This document shows positions 59,579 through 61,031 of a stretch of DNA of 61,031 nt, piece after piece. The stretch is from positions 1-61,031 of the IMG/VR virus record IMGVR_UViG_3300006920_000008, one strand, 5' to 3'. The stretch is from a virus. Taxonomy: Duplodnaviria > Caudoviricetes. Each line of letters starts with the position of its first letter. The stretch's first letter is position 1. The position numbers and the translations under genes were made by a program. Below the pieces are notes generated by a model, which was not told the DNA's origin, ran no database searches, and saw nothing but the letters and a program-made list of their open reading frames with translations.

Positions 59579-59786
59579 ATTTCTCTAATTCTTTTAGTCT
59601 ATACTTTTGTAGTTCTGACACTTTACCTTTCGGTGTCTTGACTTCACTAAAGATTACATTAGAGTTTGGTGGTATAGCAAGAATATCCGGTATACCATTC
59701 TTATTTGTCTTAACTAATTTTAATACATAATATCCTTCAGCTTCTAACTGCTTTATTCTTTTTGATTGTATTTGTTGTTCAGTCAT
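59547..59786 (-). CDS. VRR-NUC domain nuclease
   Basis: MTEQQIQ...GIPDIL...FSEVKTPKGKVSELQ. Confidence 0.85.
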   Translation of the reverse strand: MTEQQIQSKRIKQLEAEGYYVLKLVKTNKNGIPDILAIPPNSNVIFSEVKTPKGKVSELQKYRLKELEKYGFTTEVFRG

Positions 59787-59965
59787 CCGTTCTTTTTGTA
59801 ATCCTCAAAGAAGCCTATGGCAACAATAAGGTTCATACTTAATGATGATGCAATCTCTATTACATCGTGATAGTTGTGAATAGACAGGTGTATGTGACCT
59901 ACTACCCAAAAAGGAATTGCTAAGTTTTGACTAATCCAAATCAGTAAAAATCTTAAGAACCTCAT
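59783..59965 (-). CDS. small membrane protein
   Basis: Hydrophobic; TATATTTG (-) at 59970-59977. Confidence 0.55.
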   Translation of the reverse strand: MRFLRFLLIWISQNLAIPFWVVGHIHLSIHNYHDVIEIASSLSMNLIVAIGFFEDYKKNG

Positions 59966-59984
59966 ATAACAAATATAAAATATT

Positions 59985-60302
59985 TTATTGGAAGTTATAT
60001 CTATAGTTATGCCTTTCGACTTCTATCTTTTGATTTGAAAAGCAAGTCATTCCATTTATATGACTATCGGTAGGTACAAAGTAATGCCACCTTTTTATGC
60101 CGGGGATGTAGTAGAAAAAGAATGCTGCTCTTTTCCCCGTGTTCTTTTCATAAATAACAGTTGCAGTATGGTCGCTTGTTGGTATAATTTCCTGCACACT
60201 AAAAGTTTCATTATTGTAGTTGTTCTTTCTTTCTTTATTAGAATACCTTCTACACACCTCATCAGTAAATGATTGTAGTTGTTTTGCTATTTGTTTATTC
60301 AT
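59985..60302 (-). CDS. hypothetical protein
   Basis: 105-aa ORF. Confidence 0.65.
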   Translation of the reverse strand: MNKQIAKQLQSFTDEVCRRYSNKERKNNYNNETFSVQEIIPTSDHTATVIYEKNTGKRAAFFFYYIPGIKRWHYFVPTDSHINGMTCFSNQKIEVERHNYRYNFQ

Positions 60303-60961
60303 ATTATCTTTTTAAAATGATTTACTGTAAAGTCCTTCTTCTTTGATACTGCTTTATAAATATCTTTTTCTATTCCACCCTTAGCGAATATCCAATACAC
60401 ATCTGATTCCAATCTATCTTTAGTTGTCATTCTATCTCTTGACTGCCAATAGCTTGTAGCACTAAAGTCTATGTTATAATATACAAGTGCCTTTGCTTTT
60501 CGTAAGGATATACCCTCACGACCTGATACAATTTGTAAGGCTATAGACTTACTTGTGTCTTCAAAGACACTGAGTTCTGTACACAGTTGGTCCCCGTATA
60601 TCTTCTTAAGTGCGTTCAGTTCTTCTTTAAACTTATAGAAGATACCAATCTTTACATCTGCAAAGTTGTCGTGTATGAATTGTGCTTTTGAATAATCTAT
60701 AATTGTTGAGTTGCCTGACTCAAACTTAATGGTCCCTGAGTACAATTGATGAAGCTTCATCATAAGCTTTACGGGAGTGTCTCCAAGTATAACTTCTTCC
60801 TTCCCTTCTACTACCCTATGTTTTTTTAATTGAGCCGTAAGCTTCTTTGTAATTGGCTCAACATCTACCTCAAGTATGTGTTCACGGGTATCTACCTTAA
60901 ACCCTGCCTCTTTTTGTGAGTAAGAAATAGTATATGGTTTCATCTCATCAATAATCTTTTG
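60299..60961 (-). CDS. SF2 helicase, C-terminal part (joins 774-1; about 478 aa in total)
   Basis: KLHQLYSG, SGREGISL (motif V), YWQSRDR (motif VI). Confidence 0.9.
   Translation of the reverse strand, partial: QKIIDEMKPYTISYSQKEAGFKVDTREHILEVDVEPITKKLTAQLKKHRVVEGKEEVILGDTPVKLMMKLHQLYSGTIKFESGNSTIIDYSKAQFIHDNFADVKIGIFYKFKEELNALKKIYGDQLCTELSVFEDTSKSIALQIVSGREGISLRKAKALVYYNIDFSATSYWQSRDRMTTKDRLESDVYWIFAKGGIEKDIYKAVSKKKDFTVNHFKKII
60555..60570. repeat. 16-bp palindromic motif, copy 12 (encodes VFEDT in the helicase)
   Basis: GTGTCTTCAAAGACAC on +. Confidence 0.95.
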
Positions 60962-61031
60962 ATGACCATCGTGGTAATCGTTTATGTAAAGAGAATTGAT
61001 TTTTCTTTGCTTAACATTTACATACTGTTTA
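60962..61031. repeat. 70-bp terminal direct repeat (copy 2)
   Basis: Identical to 1-70. Confidence 0.95.

Noticed and set aside
3618-60570. 16-bp palindromes as a CRISPR array or REP/MITE elements
   Set aside because: The copies are hundreds to thousands of bases apart, many lie in frame inside genes, and there are no spacers, cas genes, transposase or target-site duplications

Overview
This is an apparently complete, circularly assembled ~60,961-bp dsDNA phage genome. Bases 1-70 are repeated at 60962-61031, and an SF2 helicase ORF reads in frame across the join. The host is probably a Bacteroidota/Flavobacteriia member, judged from repeated TAnnTTTG -7 promoter elements and AT-rich leaders without Shine-Dalgarno sequences. 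A leftward arm (about 57.8 kb through the join to 11.9 kb) carries replication, recombination and early genes: helicase, VRR-NUC nuclease, primase-helicase, SSB-like protein, Sak/RecE-like pair, GATase-GGCT fusion and amidoligase. A rightward arm (12.4-57.9 kb) carries GroEL/GroES, small basic proteins, lysis genes, fibres, 2OG-oxygenase, SET protein, terminase, portal, scaffold, capsid, podovirus-like tail and ejection proteins, and a 2971-aa protein. One tRNA-Arg(TCT) is present. I recognised no DNA polymerase or integrase. The most notable non-gene signals are: (1) 12 dispersed copies of a 16-bp palindrome GTGTCTT-NN-AAGACAC, found inside genes in different frames, in leaders and built into terminators, with a strand-polarised centre; (2) a type III hammerhead ribozyme in the early operon at 10165-10222 (-); (3) a duplicated iteron/IHF-like element; (4) three reading-frame disruptions, including an in-frame TAA in a collagen fibre gene; (5) apparent avoidance of GATC and CCAG/CTGG. 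All protein calls come from motif recognition by eye, not database searches.
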